NCBI GenBank assembly: GCA_030141605.1
Contig: JAQGDQ010000196.1
Location: 310,001-374,000 of the forward strand
Length of the DNA: 64,000 nucleotides
Source of the DNA: Tubiluchus corallicola
Taxonomy: Eukaryota > Animalia > Priapulida
Direction: 5' to 3'
The notes below the pieces were generated by a model. That model did not search any database. It saw nothing but the letters and a program-made list of their open reading frames with translations, and was not told where the DNA came from. A program made the translations under genes and the position numbers. Shown here in pieces: positions 52,001-64,000 of the stretch. The stretch's first letter is position 1; every line of letters starts with the position of its first letter.

Positions 52001-53185
52001 TTGATTTTTTGTCTTTTTCTCATGTGGCTTCTATGTAATCCATGAAAAATTACTGCTGGTGTTATCATTATAAAATTTTCAAAAACAAAATGGTTACATT
52101 TTTTATCCTTTTAACTTTTACATAAAGATAGTTCACAGCGTGAATTGACACGCCGCGTCTTAATTTTCATTTTTTCAACGTGTGTCTTTATCAATGACGA
52201 GTAAATTACAAAACTAATAGTGCCAAATAAGTAATATTAAAATAAATTTAATGAATACCCAAAAGTCCCATTAGTAGGGAAAAGACTGAGAATATGAAAG
52301 TAGCAAAATCATTGGTAGAAGAGTGGCAGCTACTTCTACTGTACATAATGCTGAAAGGACATTAAGTTAGCTGTGGTTAGCAAACCACGCTGATTGAATT
52401 TGCCCATGTAATCTATAAACTGCTGATAGTTAATTAGAGCTGCGAGGCTGAACACCATGCATAGTTAAAACCAATCGGTCACGTGATCAGTCACGTGGTC
52501 ACTGCTTGGTTTCTCCTGTAGCTGACTCCTTAAATCTGCACAAGCTGCTAAATCCAAATGACAAGCGAATTGCGTCATTTTGCAATTACCGAGTGTTAAA
52601 ACAAAATGTTGTTTTTGTACGCTGTTGACAAATTGTTCAAATTTGTGGAAACTGAAAGCAGTTAAGATAACGCATATTTGCCTGTGAAAGGTTCCTGTTT
52701 TGTTACTAAATAGCAAGATTGAAATGAACAATAGAGTAGAAAAAATTTCAAGAAATCGTGAACAAAAACACTTAGAAATGACAAAAAGAGCCAGAACTGG
52801 ACTTTTCACAATTTTTGATTATCCTATGATCTAAGTACTGATAACTTCAACTGTATATAGGTCAATAATATAATCACCGATTGTGCCAATTAATCACCTT
52901 ATTACTTATTAGTGATTGGATTTTGTTCTCATAGATTTGTAAATACGCAGGGGAAGAAAGAGGGATGAAAAGAGAAAAAATGTGGGAGGAACAAATCGAA
53001 GTTTCGACGTGAAAAGAGTTAAGAAGAAAAAAATAGGAAAAGAATAAAAACTCGACAACTAGAAAGCCACTCTGTAGAGTTCACTCAGCTCAGACTTTTC
53101 CATTACAAGAATACACTTAATAAATAAAATAGATTTCCTTTAGTAATTCTTGATCGATAATTAACAAAAATGAAAATCATACCAC

Positions 53186-53290
53186 TCCACAAAATTTCAA
53201 GGAAATCGGTTAAGTAGTTTTTACGTAATCCTGCTAACAGACAAACCAACAAACCAACGGCTATGAAAGCATACCCTCCATGGCAGTAGT
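53186..53290 (-). mobile_element. Helentron/DINE-1-like non-autonomous element, 5' fragment
   Basis: Minus strand reads CTGCCATGGAGGGTATGCTTTC, then TTGG/TTTG/TCTG repeats, then TTAGCAGGATTACGTAAAAACTACT.AACCGATTTCCTTGAAATTT. This resembles the widespread CCTCCGCCAAGGAGGTTATGTTTTC...(TTTG)n class; recognised from memory, not searched. Confidence 0.55.
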
Positions 53291-55015
53291 TGGGGTGTCA
53301 GATTTGTGGAAGGTCGAAAATGTCGGAAAGAAAGCTTGTCCAGAAAAAAGAAAGCTAATATAAAAAGAAATTCAAAAAATGTATAATTTTGTATTAATGT
53401 TCTGATATTGATAACAGAACGATTTTGAATTTGAAAAATCAGATTTAAAACGGCTATCAGCTTATAAAGCTTCTTCATTCTTGACAACAGAATTCACCAC
53501 GTCATGTCTAATACCAACACTCTTTTCATAATAAAAACAACAAAATCATTGTTGAAAAATTAATTCAGAGTTAATAGATGTTTAATATTTGAATTCGGTC
53601 TGATTGCAGAGGCGTGTGGACTACTTCACACTGTGAAATAAGCCAGGAAGCTTCTTGTCCTTACCAGGCTTGAAAAAAATTGAAACAAAAAAAAAGCTGT
53701 AGAGGTCGTACGTTACGTACACTGTGACGTTTTCTAGCATCTTTTTAGCATTATTATTTGCTCAGAAAAGAAGCCCACCGGTTTACTGCTACATAGCAAC
53801 AGCGGCATCAGCAGCAACTGCAACAACCGTCTTCGCAATTTTACTTTATTTCTTCAAAAGTCCGTTTTAATTAATTAGGTAAATTTGCTTGTTACAGCTT
53901 GTAAACAGCTGTGCGCAATTAATTAGTCAAGTCGTTTGCTGAACATGTAAAACTGATCAACCATTACATCTGTTTATTACGTTTATGTAGGGTGACGTAT
54001 TCTAATGAATTCCTGTTGGGATTCAACAACAATAATTAAAATTTTATTGCTATGATTTGTGGAAAACCACTATTCATTTCATGTATTTAGTAAAGTAGAT
54101 CTGAGATTAAAGTCATGGAGACGGTTTAACCAAATCGGTTTTGAATTTGTTGTGAATTGGGTGGGTGGAATTATGGTATAGAAGTCAAAGAAATTCAGTT
54201 CATTTCTGGGGTTTATTAAACAAAAATCAATCAAAATTTAAAAGAAGCATTAATCTATATTCAGGAATTTTACGCCGAGGACGCTTCAGTTCTGATATCA
54301 AGATCGAAGACTAATACTGTTAAAGATTTTGTCGGAAAGATAATATGATATCTGCCAAGCTTGATAGAATTACATTATATAGTTAAGTTGGAAAGTTTAG
54401 TTAGCTAAAGCCAGAAATGAGTTGGAGTCAAGCCTTAAGTTACTGAATATTTTTCATTTTTATAGTACAAAAATTCAGAATAGTTTAGTAGTATTATTTG
54501 ATGTACAAATAATTGTAATCTATAGGTTATAGTCTATAATCCATTATTGTAATCTCTCCTGCTTTTACTAAATTTGAAAATATCTAGTGACTTTAAAAGT
54601 GAAATCAAACAAAAATATGGAAACTGTGTCAGAAACACTTAATTCTAATAGTTATGGGTCTTGGCCAGAATAGAATTGAATCACACAGCACGCATTTTTG
54701 CACCTAGTCCATAGGTTTTGTGAATTTACATGGCAAATAGCCTTAGCAAACATGCGATATTACGATATTATCGATACAACTTTTCGATATTAAAACGGGT
54801 GCTAATGATCAAGGTTTTAGCTAAATGTCAGAAATTTAGATTGATTAGATTAATCGTAATTCTAGACACGTGAAACACGATTTTTTTTGTAATTTTAAGA
54901 TATGCATTTGACAAACAAGTGCTAACAAATGTAAATAAATTGGCACAGGAAAATGTCACACTTAGTAAATATGTGTTTATGGTTAGCGTTACAGTGGGTG
55001 ATAATTATTTTAGTT

Positions 55016-55220
55016 ATTTTTATCTTTGCCAAGGAAGTTGCGCTTCAACAAAGTTTGTTTGTCTGTTTGTTTGGTTGCCCTTTGTCAGTTATGGCAGTAA
55101 GCCTACTACGCCAGAACTTGACGACCGAACACTTTGTACAAAAAGCATTCGTGAAGCACTTCGTGGGGGTCTCAGAGGAAATATCTAGTACATCTTTTTT
55201 GCTATCTCCGCTTAGGCAAA
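55016..55220 (+). mobile_element. Second Helentron/DINE-1-like fragment
   Basis: TTTTATCTTTGCCAAGGAAGTTG followed by TTTG/TCTG tetranucleotide repeats, the same architecture as 53186-53290. Confidence 0.4.
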
Positions 55221-56059
55221 CAACTACGAGTTAGTTGCAGTTCCATTCTCGCTTGTATATTAAAACTGTGTAACGCTGCATATAACCTTCACTTATTAAG
55301 GTGTATAACCTAATAAGGTGAGTTACTATATATATATGCTGTCTATGTGTAGAGACACGTATATATTTGTCAGTCTATTAATGCGCCAAAATTAATGGCT
55401 AAAAAGTAGATAAACACTGTGTGGAACGTTCGTGCATTATTGATTATAAATCTATTTAATGAACAAATATTATAAGTCTTTTGCTAGTCTATATAACACC
55501 AATGCAGGTATATTTTTGTATTACTGCCTGTTTACCTTTGTGTTAAAATTTTTTAATCACCAAAATCAGACGAATAAGTTTACGATTGTTCGGCTTTGCT
55601 AGAGATCTGTTTCTTACTGAGCGCATTCTAGTTTTATTACAGAAATCAAGTACATTAAAATAGCATACATGCCATTTTTCCTGTGTCATTTTTACCGCGC
55701 ACCTGCTAACACGTGTTGAACTTCACCTGCGTGTACCATCATCGTCATCATCGGGCTTCTTATCTTGTAATTCTTAACGGGAAATTTTTTTGTCTTGATA
55801 AACAGAGCCTTGCCAGCTTTCTGAAGGAGATTAATGTAAACCTAATCAAAATAAACTAAGAATTCTAGTTTTGTAGACCGGAATTCATATTTTCACCCTT
55901 CTAATAACCTTCTTACGTTAAGTAGCTACTAGCTTTGTTTGGAGCTAAATTTGTATAGAAAATAAAAATGTAAATTTTAGATTCTTTTGAAGAAAAATTA
56001 TTTTAACAGCAATTTACTCTGGGAAAACTTAGAAATTTGGAATGGAAGTACTAACGTGC

Positions 56060-56621
56060 TTGGATCCGGCACGTCATATTTGTAGCTCGTTTCTTGTAAA
56101 TTTAATGGTTTCTTTAAGCTTTTATTTTTGCCATGGCCCGTTTTATTCGTGAAAATCTACAATTTTGCTACGATGACGAAATGCGTTTGTTTTTATCAGC
56201 ACTGTCTATCAGGTATAAAACCGCAGATACATAATGGCCTCGTCGGTTCAGTGGATAGGCAGAAGGTGTTTTTAACAACTCAGCACTTGTTCTTGTCAGC
56301 CAACATGTAGACCTCGAAGTAGATTCCTGGCTAGTCTCTGTTTAAATTCGTGTTTCGAGTTCAATGTGTATCAGCATCATCGTTATAATATATTAGAATG
56401 ACAGAAGCCCAACAATATAATTAATGCCTAGGTCAGATCCATTTAACGGGCATATTTGAGGGCATATTGGGAAAGTGAAAAGTCGGCGTTCGTTAGGGTC
56501 TGCGCAATGGTTTCTATAATGAAATCCGTGGCCTGTGATAGCCTTCAAAGTTAAATGCGACGCAAACACCTTCAATAACATGACCAAGCTTTCGGTATTT
56601 CGTGCTTCGTGCCGGATCCAA
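56060..56621. mobile_element. About 560-bp MITE-like element
   Basis: Perfect 14-bp inverted repeats, TTGGATCCGGCACG (56060-56073) and CGTGCCGGATCCAA (56608-56621). No clear TSD. Confidence 0.6.
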
Positions 56622-59025
56622 TAACTAGTGCATTGTCACACATTTGTTACTTATTCAACGAAGGTCACTTGCTAACCTCTTTTATTGCTACTTCCATAAA
56701 AGTTTCTTCTAATGTAGATGGTGGCTTCGTTGGTCGTCTCATGTTCTTTTACAAGTAGAGTACCTGAAGTAAAGCAAGTCAAATACATAATTTATTAGCA
56801 ACCGATGTGAACTAAAATTTGTAAAAGTTTGTATTTCATCATTAATTCAGTACAAGATTCGGTTTGTATTAGAGCGATCTTATAGTATTCGGTTCTAATT
56901 TTTATTAATTTAACCGCTACAAAATAGTAAATATCTGTATATCAAAAGTTTATGAATAGTTTTTAAAATCCTCATTATCAGTTGTCGATGGAAAAACACA
57001 TTATGAATTTCATTTTACTTTTGTAAGTGCAAGTTTACATACTTAAAATAACAACAGTTTGACAAAATCTGTTTATTTCTTCGGTTCTGGCCTATAAGTT
57101 ACTAATGAGAGTCGAATACATTTCCCAATAACAGAGAAATGAGGCAAACGCGCAAAGGCAAATTTGAACGTTTGCCGTAAGAAGCCGCGACCATTAGAAA
57201 TTTGAAGCTGGGAGTGAACAAATATACAGACTACATTAATAATTTAAATCTGTGGAAATCGCTAGTTTTAAAATGATAAAGTTTTGAACATTATTAGGCT
57301 TCATTCATTAGCAGAAACGTCGCACAGTTAATTCTTATTTTTAACAAGGCATGCGCCATTCTATTCCCTTTATATTAATCTGCAAATTATGTGGATGAAC
57401 TAGGTTTATTTATTACATTTTGACACAAAGAACAGCGCACACCAATGATGCAGTGTAAGAATCACACAAACGCATACAATTAGACTAGAAATGTACACCA
57501 AAATATAAAGTACGCATAAAAAGTAATATAAGTCGACGTGTTTATCTGCAAATGTCTACAACTGTAATACGTTTCATGTTGTTTATCAGCCACTGCTGTC
57601 TACGAAATTGAATGTGGTAAAAACACATTTGTAGAAATTCCTGAAACAGTAGCTACAGGCACTTTTCTAAGAATGTAAATTATGCTCTCAGTAAAAACTG
57701 ACATTTTTTGATATTGTTACACGAAGGTCCACTGGCTTCCAGATAAATTTTTCGTAAACTAAGATATTTGTATAATCTTTATATTGTCTCGCTGTAAGAA
57801 TGCCACTGAAGCTTGACACGCGCTGCAAAGGGAGGTAGAATATTGTAATTATTATAGACCACTGTTTCACTGAATAATTGATCACGTGATAACATATATA
57901 CGTCTCTCTCGCTGCTTTCTATCGCTGGGGAGTTAAAACATAATGGAAATTGTATCAAGCTAACCGTAATGGCACATGGGTAGTAAGACTATGTAGACTT
58001 GCTTCAGTGTAACATATTTTAAATGTCTATAGTAAATAGACCTTTAGGCGGTAGTCGACACACGGCTACGGCAATTGTTACTAGTCGTAAAGTATAAGAT
58101 GTGAGGTGTTTATCACCCAAATTAACATATCACGTATTTTATTCATAAATAATTTGAACAACAGTTCAGGACATGTGATGATAGCAAAAGTACGTTAAAT
58201 GAATAAAATTGCCCAGTTTGAGCAGGATAATACATATAAAACATCACTTTAAAAAAATTACAATATATAAAACTTAGGTTTAAAACAATTACTATATATA
58301 AAACACAGGTTTCAAACAATTACATTATATAAATATACGTTTAGAACGATTACAATCTAACATTTACACAATTGCATTTATTTATCTATTTATTTATTTA
58401 TTTATTTATTATTAACAATTGCGTTTAACAGTAATGCACAAAAAACAATTAAGAAACTAACCAAGTAATAATTACACAGAGAGATGATCTGAAAATTTGA
58501 AATTAGTTAAAAGATAAATGAGATTCTTTTAAAGCTTGGTAAAACACATCGGCAAAATTGAAAGTTTACATTTCGATGTCAAGATGGACTGAGTCATTCC
58601 AACTCGGGTATGCTGTTGAATAGAGAATATGTGGGTAATGTTGTAATCTTTCTTATTTTCTTGAATATTTTTGATGAAAGACTGGTTATAGATCTTACCT
58701 TGTGTGGTCATTAGTCTTGTTTGGGAGCGTATGTGCACCTTTTATCCTTATTTTACACTTACTTACATTGATTTTCCTGACTTTATTTCATTGATCTTAA
58801 TTAACCTGGTTTGACTTGCTTACGTTGAATTTGTTGTGACATTTGGAGGCTGCTATCGCTACGTTCTTTCGCCAAAATTACAGGCTTCTGTAATTTAATT
58901 TATAGTTCAAAAAGTCTGTAGTCTTCTAATGAATTTTTTTTAAACTAACAACAAACTGTTATAATTAAGAATTGGGGTAAATTTCTGCATTTCACGTTAT
59001 TTATTGTTTATCTGAATAAAAACTA

Positions 59026-59978
59026 CCGTAAAACGGGGTGAGTTCGCCACTTTTTAAGGGTATTTTTTTACATTTCCTGCCTTAGCAAGAGAATTAGCCA
59101 ACCGATTTTCTTAGTTCAAGCTTTATATTGCCCTTCGAATAAAACACTATCGTGGGGTGAATTCGCCGCTAACAATTTAACACTGTTTAATGCCATTCTA
59201 GGCAGCTGAAGTTAACTGGTTGTGATTGGCTGGTTGGGGGTGAGTTCGCCACCCTATGAAAAAATTATAAAAAATGTCTAGTTTTAGTTTTCAAATATAA
59301 ACTTCTACGTTGGCAAGGAAGGCTTGAACGTCTTGTGCACTGATCTTATCGCGGTCGCCCTTGATGTTGCCAGCCACTCTGAAAACCAGATTGTTCCTTC
59401 GGGCGAATGATTTGACAAAGTCTATTCCAGGGGTGTTTGCCTTGAATCGTCGTTCCTGGATTCCCTTCGCGTCAAGAACACTCTTAATCAGTAGTCGGAG
59501 ATCGATGGCAGTCATTGGGAACCCCCACTCAGCGGCCACTGGGAGTGTACTGGCGATTTCGTGCTCCTCGGCGGCGGAGAACACTGGCTGACTTCCGGTC
59601 TTCTGCGGATGACTTCCGGAGAGTTTGTCAGAAAGGTCTTTCTTGGAACTCCGAATTGCCTCGCCGCTGGGCTGATTGTCCTGTTGGTATTCTTGACGGC
59701 ATGTAGGGCAGCTTCCAGAGCTTCTGGGGTATAATTTTGGTATCTATGACCCGGTACAGTGGTGCAGGTGCGTGGCATGTTAAGTAGCCAGAAATAGTAG
59801 ACAAATAATATGTAGCGCAGAATGGAATACTTCTAGTGCGAATTGAAAGAAGATAACTGTCGCAAACTGTTTATAATGACGGTGATCATGATATCTGTTC
59901 ATTAAATACTGAACAATAGTTACAGCAAACCTACAATGGCCATTATGTAAGGGGTGGCGAACTCACCCCGTTTTACGG
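59026..59978 (-). mobile_element. Internally deleted pogo/Tigger-like (Tc1/mariner superfamily) DNA transposon
   Basis: Perfect 25-bp TIRs CCGTAAAACGGGGTGAGTTCGCCAC with TA on both sides. Minus-strand transposase N-terminus (59778-59291, one frameshift) has an HTH_psq-like segment (YTPEALEAALHAVK...AARQFGVPRKT) and a CENP-B HTH-like segment (FSAAEEHEI...WGFPMT..DLR...PGIDFVKSFARRN). The DDE domain is absent. Confidence 0.92.
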
Positions 59979-61023
59979 TAGTTATTTATTTATTCACTTG
60001 CTAGTACTATGCTGAAATTGATGGAGCAAAATTAGCCAGGATTTGTACTGAAATATGGTCGAGTAAAAGTACAGCGGCTAGCCGTCTCTGGCGTTGATTA
60101 ATGCTCTTTCTCGCCTAGATCTCAATGGTCTTTGTTATTTCAGGTTCACACTGTAAATATTGGATGATCAGTCGAGTGGACAAGGGAAAATCCTTGACCG
60201 ATCAATACGTGATTGCCAAACCTAATTGATATCGATTACGCTAATCGATGCTGTGACCGTAGTTGTGTTTGCATCTGCCGATGGCTGTTCCCACTCAAGA
60301 AGACCTTCAGAAAAAGCGGAGCCCTTTTAGTGGGAAGCCCTTTTATTTATAATGAAGCGAGAAGAGCTGTACACGTTCTTGAAGAACCGCATTTCTTCGG
60401 GAAAAACCGAAACGTGATACAATGTAATGGTGCAAAAATAGAAACCTCTATAAACTCACAAGAAAACACGAGCCAACGCTGCGGCAGCTTAATTAGTTTT
60501 ATTGGTGCTAACTCACCTCATTGTGTTGGCGGTAGCGTGATGGATATGAGAGTACGCATGAACATTTTCACGCACCCACCACGGACATGTCGGTAGTGAT
60601 TAACATCAGCTGTGCGGACGTAAGTGGTTTCAGTCCTTCGATGTTGACGTAATTAGCAATAACAGCTTCGTGCTAGATTAGATATTAGTGAGCTTAATCG
60701 AGGAAGGTCTACTAACACATGAGACTTGCTGCAGCCACTAATATACTAAAGACTTATTAGTTTATTATAGTGGCACTTGCGTAGTGAGAACGTAAATTTT
60801 TGTGTCTTTCTTTATGTTGCATGACATAGACAAGTCTGTGGTCACATTTGAAGGTAACAAGACTTGGCCCATTGGTTGACAAAATGCATGATAGTAGTGT
60901 AGTGCTAATCAACTACACACATTGATTCTAATGGCATTTAATTTTATTCTTGGTAAGCGCCTGGAATCTGTAGCTGAAGGATGCGTTGAACCACGGTACG
61001 AAAAAGAAAAACGAGAAAAGAGC

Positions 61024-62427
61024 ATGGCAGCCGAGAAAAGGAGAGCAGCACAGGAGTGCCTTTTATTGGAGGAGGATGACAGCAGGGCAGATCCATCAAA
61101 ATCCTCGCAGCAGTCAGACACAAACAGACAGAGCAGCGATCTGAACAAGAATGGCGTCATCTGTTCAGATCATCCTAACACACGCATAATGATCAACATC
61201 AGTGGTTTAAGGTTCGAGACCCGGGTAAAGACGTTACGTCGGTACCCTGATTCTTTGTTGGGTAATCCAGCCAAACGTTGCAAGTACTTCGACACTTTGA
61301 GGAACGAGTATTATTTTGACCGACATCGACCTAGCTTTGATGCAATTCTCCATTATTACCAGAGTAAAGGGCGACTGCAGCGACCTGCCAATGTTCCTAT
61401 GGACGTATTCATCAGTGAAATCAAATTTTTCCAATTAGGCGAGAAGGTGCTTGAGCAATACTTGGAAGGAGAAGGCATCGTGAAGGAGAAACCAAGAGCT
61501 TTACCAAAAAACCCCACTTTGAGGACAATCTGGAAATTGTTTGAGCACCCAGATGCCGGATGGCCATCACGTATTGTGGCAGTTATATCAATATCAGTCA
61601 TAGTGTTATCTGTGATCACATTCTGTGTGGAAACGTTACCAGAATTTTCTCAAAATAAAACTGTTTTGTTTCAAAATGCCACAAGAGATGAGATTGGGGC
61701 CTTTCTTTTTAGCGATCCTTTCTTTGTCATTGAGACATTGTGTGTGTGCTGGTTTACATTTGAGTTAATCATGCGTTTTGTGTCGTCGCCAAATAAATTT
61801 AAGTTCTGGAAAAGTTTTATGAATATTATAGATTTGACTGCCATCGTGCCATACTTCATAGGTCTATCAGTGACATACATCAACAAGTCTGGAGATATGG
61901 GATCGATGAGCTTAGCTGTACTCAGGGTTCTTCGTCTAGTCAGGGTGTTTAGAATATTTAAACTGTCACGACATTACAAAGGTTTGCAAGTCATTGGTCA
62001 AACTTTACGAGCAAGTATTCCAGAATTAGGATTACTTACTTTCTTTCTCATCATTGGCATGATTCTTTTTGCTAGTGCTGTCTACTTTGCCGAACTCGAC
62101 AAAAGTGACTCTCACTTCACTAGTATTCCAGCCGCATTTTGGTGGGTGGTTGTCACCATGACCACAGTTGGATATGGTGACATGTTTCCACAAACAGGTT
62201 GGGGAAAGTTGGTGGGATCTCTCTGTGTGATATCCGGTGTTCTGACAATAGCACTTCCTGTGCCTATCATTGTGTCAAATTTTGATTATTATTACCACCG
62301 TCATTGTGACACTGAAGCTTATACGACAGAAGAGGAGGATCCTCAAGCTGATGGCGATATAGGTACCAGAATAGATTTGGAAGCAGCTGGTAGCAAAAAT
62401 GATGATTACGATGAAACACATTGCTGA
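61024..62427 (+). CDS. KCNA: Shaker/Kv1-family voltage-gated potassium channel alpha subunit, intronless CDS
   Basis: T1 domain ([10 protein letters not shown]...[33 protein letters not shown]), S4 ([17 protein letters not shown]), pore (SIPAAFWW...[10 protein letters not shown]), S6 ([11 protein letters not shown]). Start placed at ATG 61024; an upstream in-frame ATG exists at 60931. Confidence 0.97.
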   Translation: MAAEKRRAAQECLLLEEDDSRADPSKSSQQSDTNRQSSDLNKNGVICSDHPNTRIMINISGLRFETRVKTLRRYPDSLLGNPAKRCKYFDTLRNEYYFDRHRPSFDAILHYYQSKGRLQRPANVPMDVFISEIKFFQLGEKVLEQYLEGEGIVKEKPRALPKNPTLRTIWKLFEHPDAGWPSRIVAVISISVIVLSVITFCVETLPEFSQNKTVLFQNATRDEIGAFLFSDPFFVIETLCVCWFTFELIMRFVSSPNKFKFWKSFMNIIDLTAIVPYFIGLSVTYINKSGDMGSMSLAVLRVLRLVRVFRIFKLSRHYKGLQVIGQTLRASIPELGLLTFFLIIGMILFASAVYFAELDKSDSHFTSIPAAFWWVVVTMTTVGYGDMFPQTGWGKLVGSLCVISGVLTIALPVPIIVSNFDYYYHRHCDTEAYTTEEEDPQADGDIGTRIDLEAAGSKNDDYDETHC

Positions 62428-63404
62428 GATACAGAACGGATTCGTGGTGGATATCTTACAAGCGTACGTTATTTATGTTTAATAATTGTTTCTCTGTAAT
62501 ACTCATTTCTGGAATGTCTACGATCTGGAATTTTTTCGTTTTGCAGTGTATTTTAAATTTGTTAACAGTTTTAACTAAGTAAAGAAGTTTTTCAACTTGA
62601 TTATTAGAGCCCTAATATAGGCATGTACCCCATTTTCATTCCATATTAGAATGCCTTGTATACATTCTGTATGTATAGTCATGAGAAATGTGACCTTGTC
62701 TTTTACTGTGATACATATAAAGACGGTCAGGTGAACTATAATCATACCTAGGTTTACCGCAATACATGATGTTGGTCTCACATTTCAAGTATGCTCGTCT
62801 TTATTATAATGTGTAATGTTTTGCTAAGTCTGGACTTTAAATGTTCTGCATTTTGTTCGAATTATTCCTATTTTAACAAATTGTAAAAGTAGTAAGTCTT
62901 GATTAAGTTGCTGCAACGCTGCTTTAAATTAGGACTGGTGCCGTAAAATCATTTTGTTCATTCAAATGTACTGAACTTCATAATATACTTAGATATCGTT
63001 TACTACAGTAACTCTGTTTAATTCGTATCTTTGAGGATGGATGAAATTCTTCGTATTATGCGAAATATGGGTTCTGTGACAATTTGTACATGCGCATAGA
63101 AGCTCATTTGAGTTGTCAGAGTTAATCAGGTCTGTCGTTAGCTGATTTGATTGTATAAAATGATGGAAAGCAATGTGGTCTATTAATAAACATGGATGTT
63201 TATGAAACAAACATGTTATTTGCTTAAGGCTATGCGATATAATGCCTACCTTCAAAGTAGATGTTGTTTTCTTATACGGATTGTTTGCCATTTTTATCTT
63301 GCTATAACGTTGATAACATTTGTTGTTTCCAGTACCATTTCAAAACTATATTGTGTATTTCTTTCTATTAATTTTTTTGTTATGTCATGCTCAGTTTTGC
63401 AGCC

Positions 63405-63521
<117 letters not shown>

Positions 63522-64000
63522 TTATTGTATTATTCACGTTCGTATTTAAAAGACTCACTTGACAATCAAATACCGTATGATAACAATCATGAGCTAAATT
63601 ATTGTTTTTACAATGGCCTGTTGCTTGAATCTCGTTCCATGCTTATGTCATAATTTAAAAAAATATTTTCACTAATTAACTATTAAATGAGCTAAGCATG
63701 TTCTCTAAATAGTAATAATACATGTAATTGTTGTTTCAACAGAAATCTTTGCTGAAGTCTTTTTTATGCTGATTTCAATAAAACTAAAGACTTAGGAATC
63801 ACTTCAGTACATTTCTAATTCAGTAAGCCGTTTTTCATAGAATTATAACTTTATATGTACCTAATTACAGACCCCTTATAAGTACAATTATTAAACTTTG
63901 CATTAAAATTTATACTAAAGTGGAAAGTTGTGCCTCATTAATAATAATTGCAGATTTGCAAGCGTATTTGATTGTCAGGGGATAAAACGATTTTAATCTA

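Noticed and set aside
58376-58750. Possible LINE 3' end with a (TAAA)n tail on the minus strand
   Set aside because: No convincing RT motifs.
60213-60596. 127-aa ORF upstream of Kv1
   Set aside because: Starts at TTG, has no recognisable domain; more likely 5' UTR or intron sequence.

Overview
AT-rich animal genomic DNA with GT-AG introns. It is probably an invertebrate; the intronless Shaker gene fits a cnidarian, but the taxon cannot be fixed from sequence alone. Three + strand genes can be assembled by hand. (1) An LRRFIP1/2 homologue with 11 coding exons (4999-20415, about 397 aa); its first intron holds a 2.6-kb acidic ORF that can splice in phase as an alternative 879-aa N-terminus. 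(2) An orphan single-pass membrane protein with a Cys/Trp FN3-like ectodomain and two C-terminal PPxY motifs (27975-31149; first exon not found). (3) An intronless Shaker/Kv1 potassium channel (61024-62427). The window also holds a decayed EGF-repeat pseudogene (about 24.8-26.2 kb), CR1/L2-type LINE fragments, an internally deleted pogo-like transposon, MITEs, Helentron-type fragments, a 5S-derived fragment and micro/minisatellites. About 30 kb (31.2-60.9 kb) has no recognisable host coding exon. The most unusual structure is a 478-bp LTR-retrotransposon derivative (1006-1483): LTR, tRNA-Leu primer-binding site and gag start, closed by an inverted copy of its own LTR end and flanked by a perfect 5-bp target-site duplication. 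All calls come from manual reading; no searches were run.
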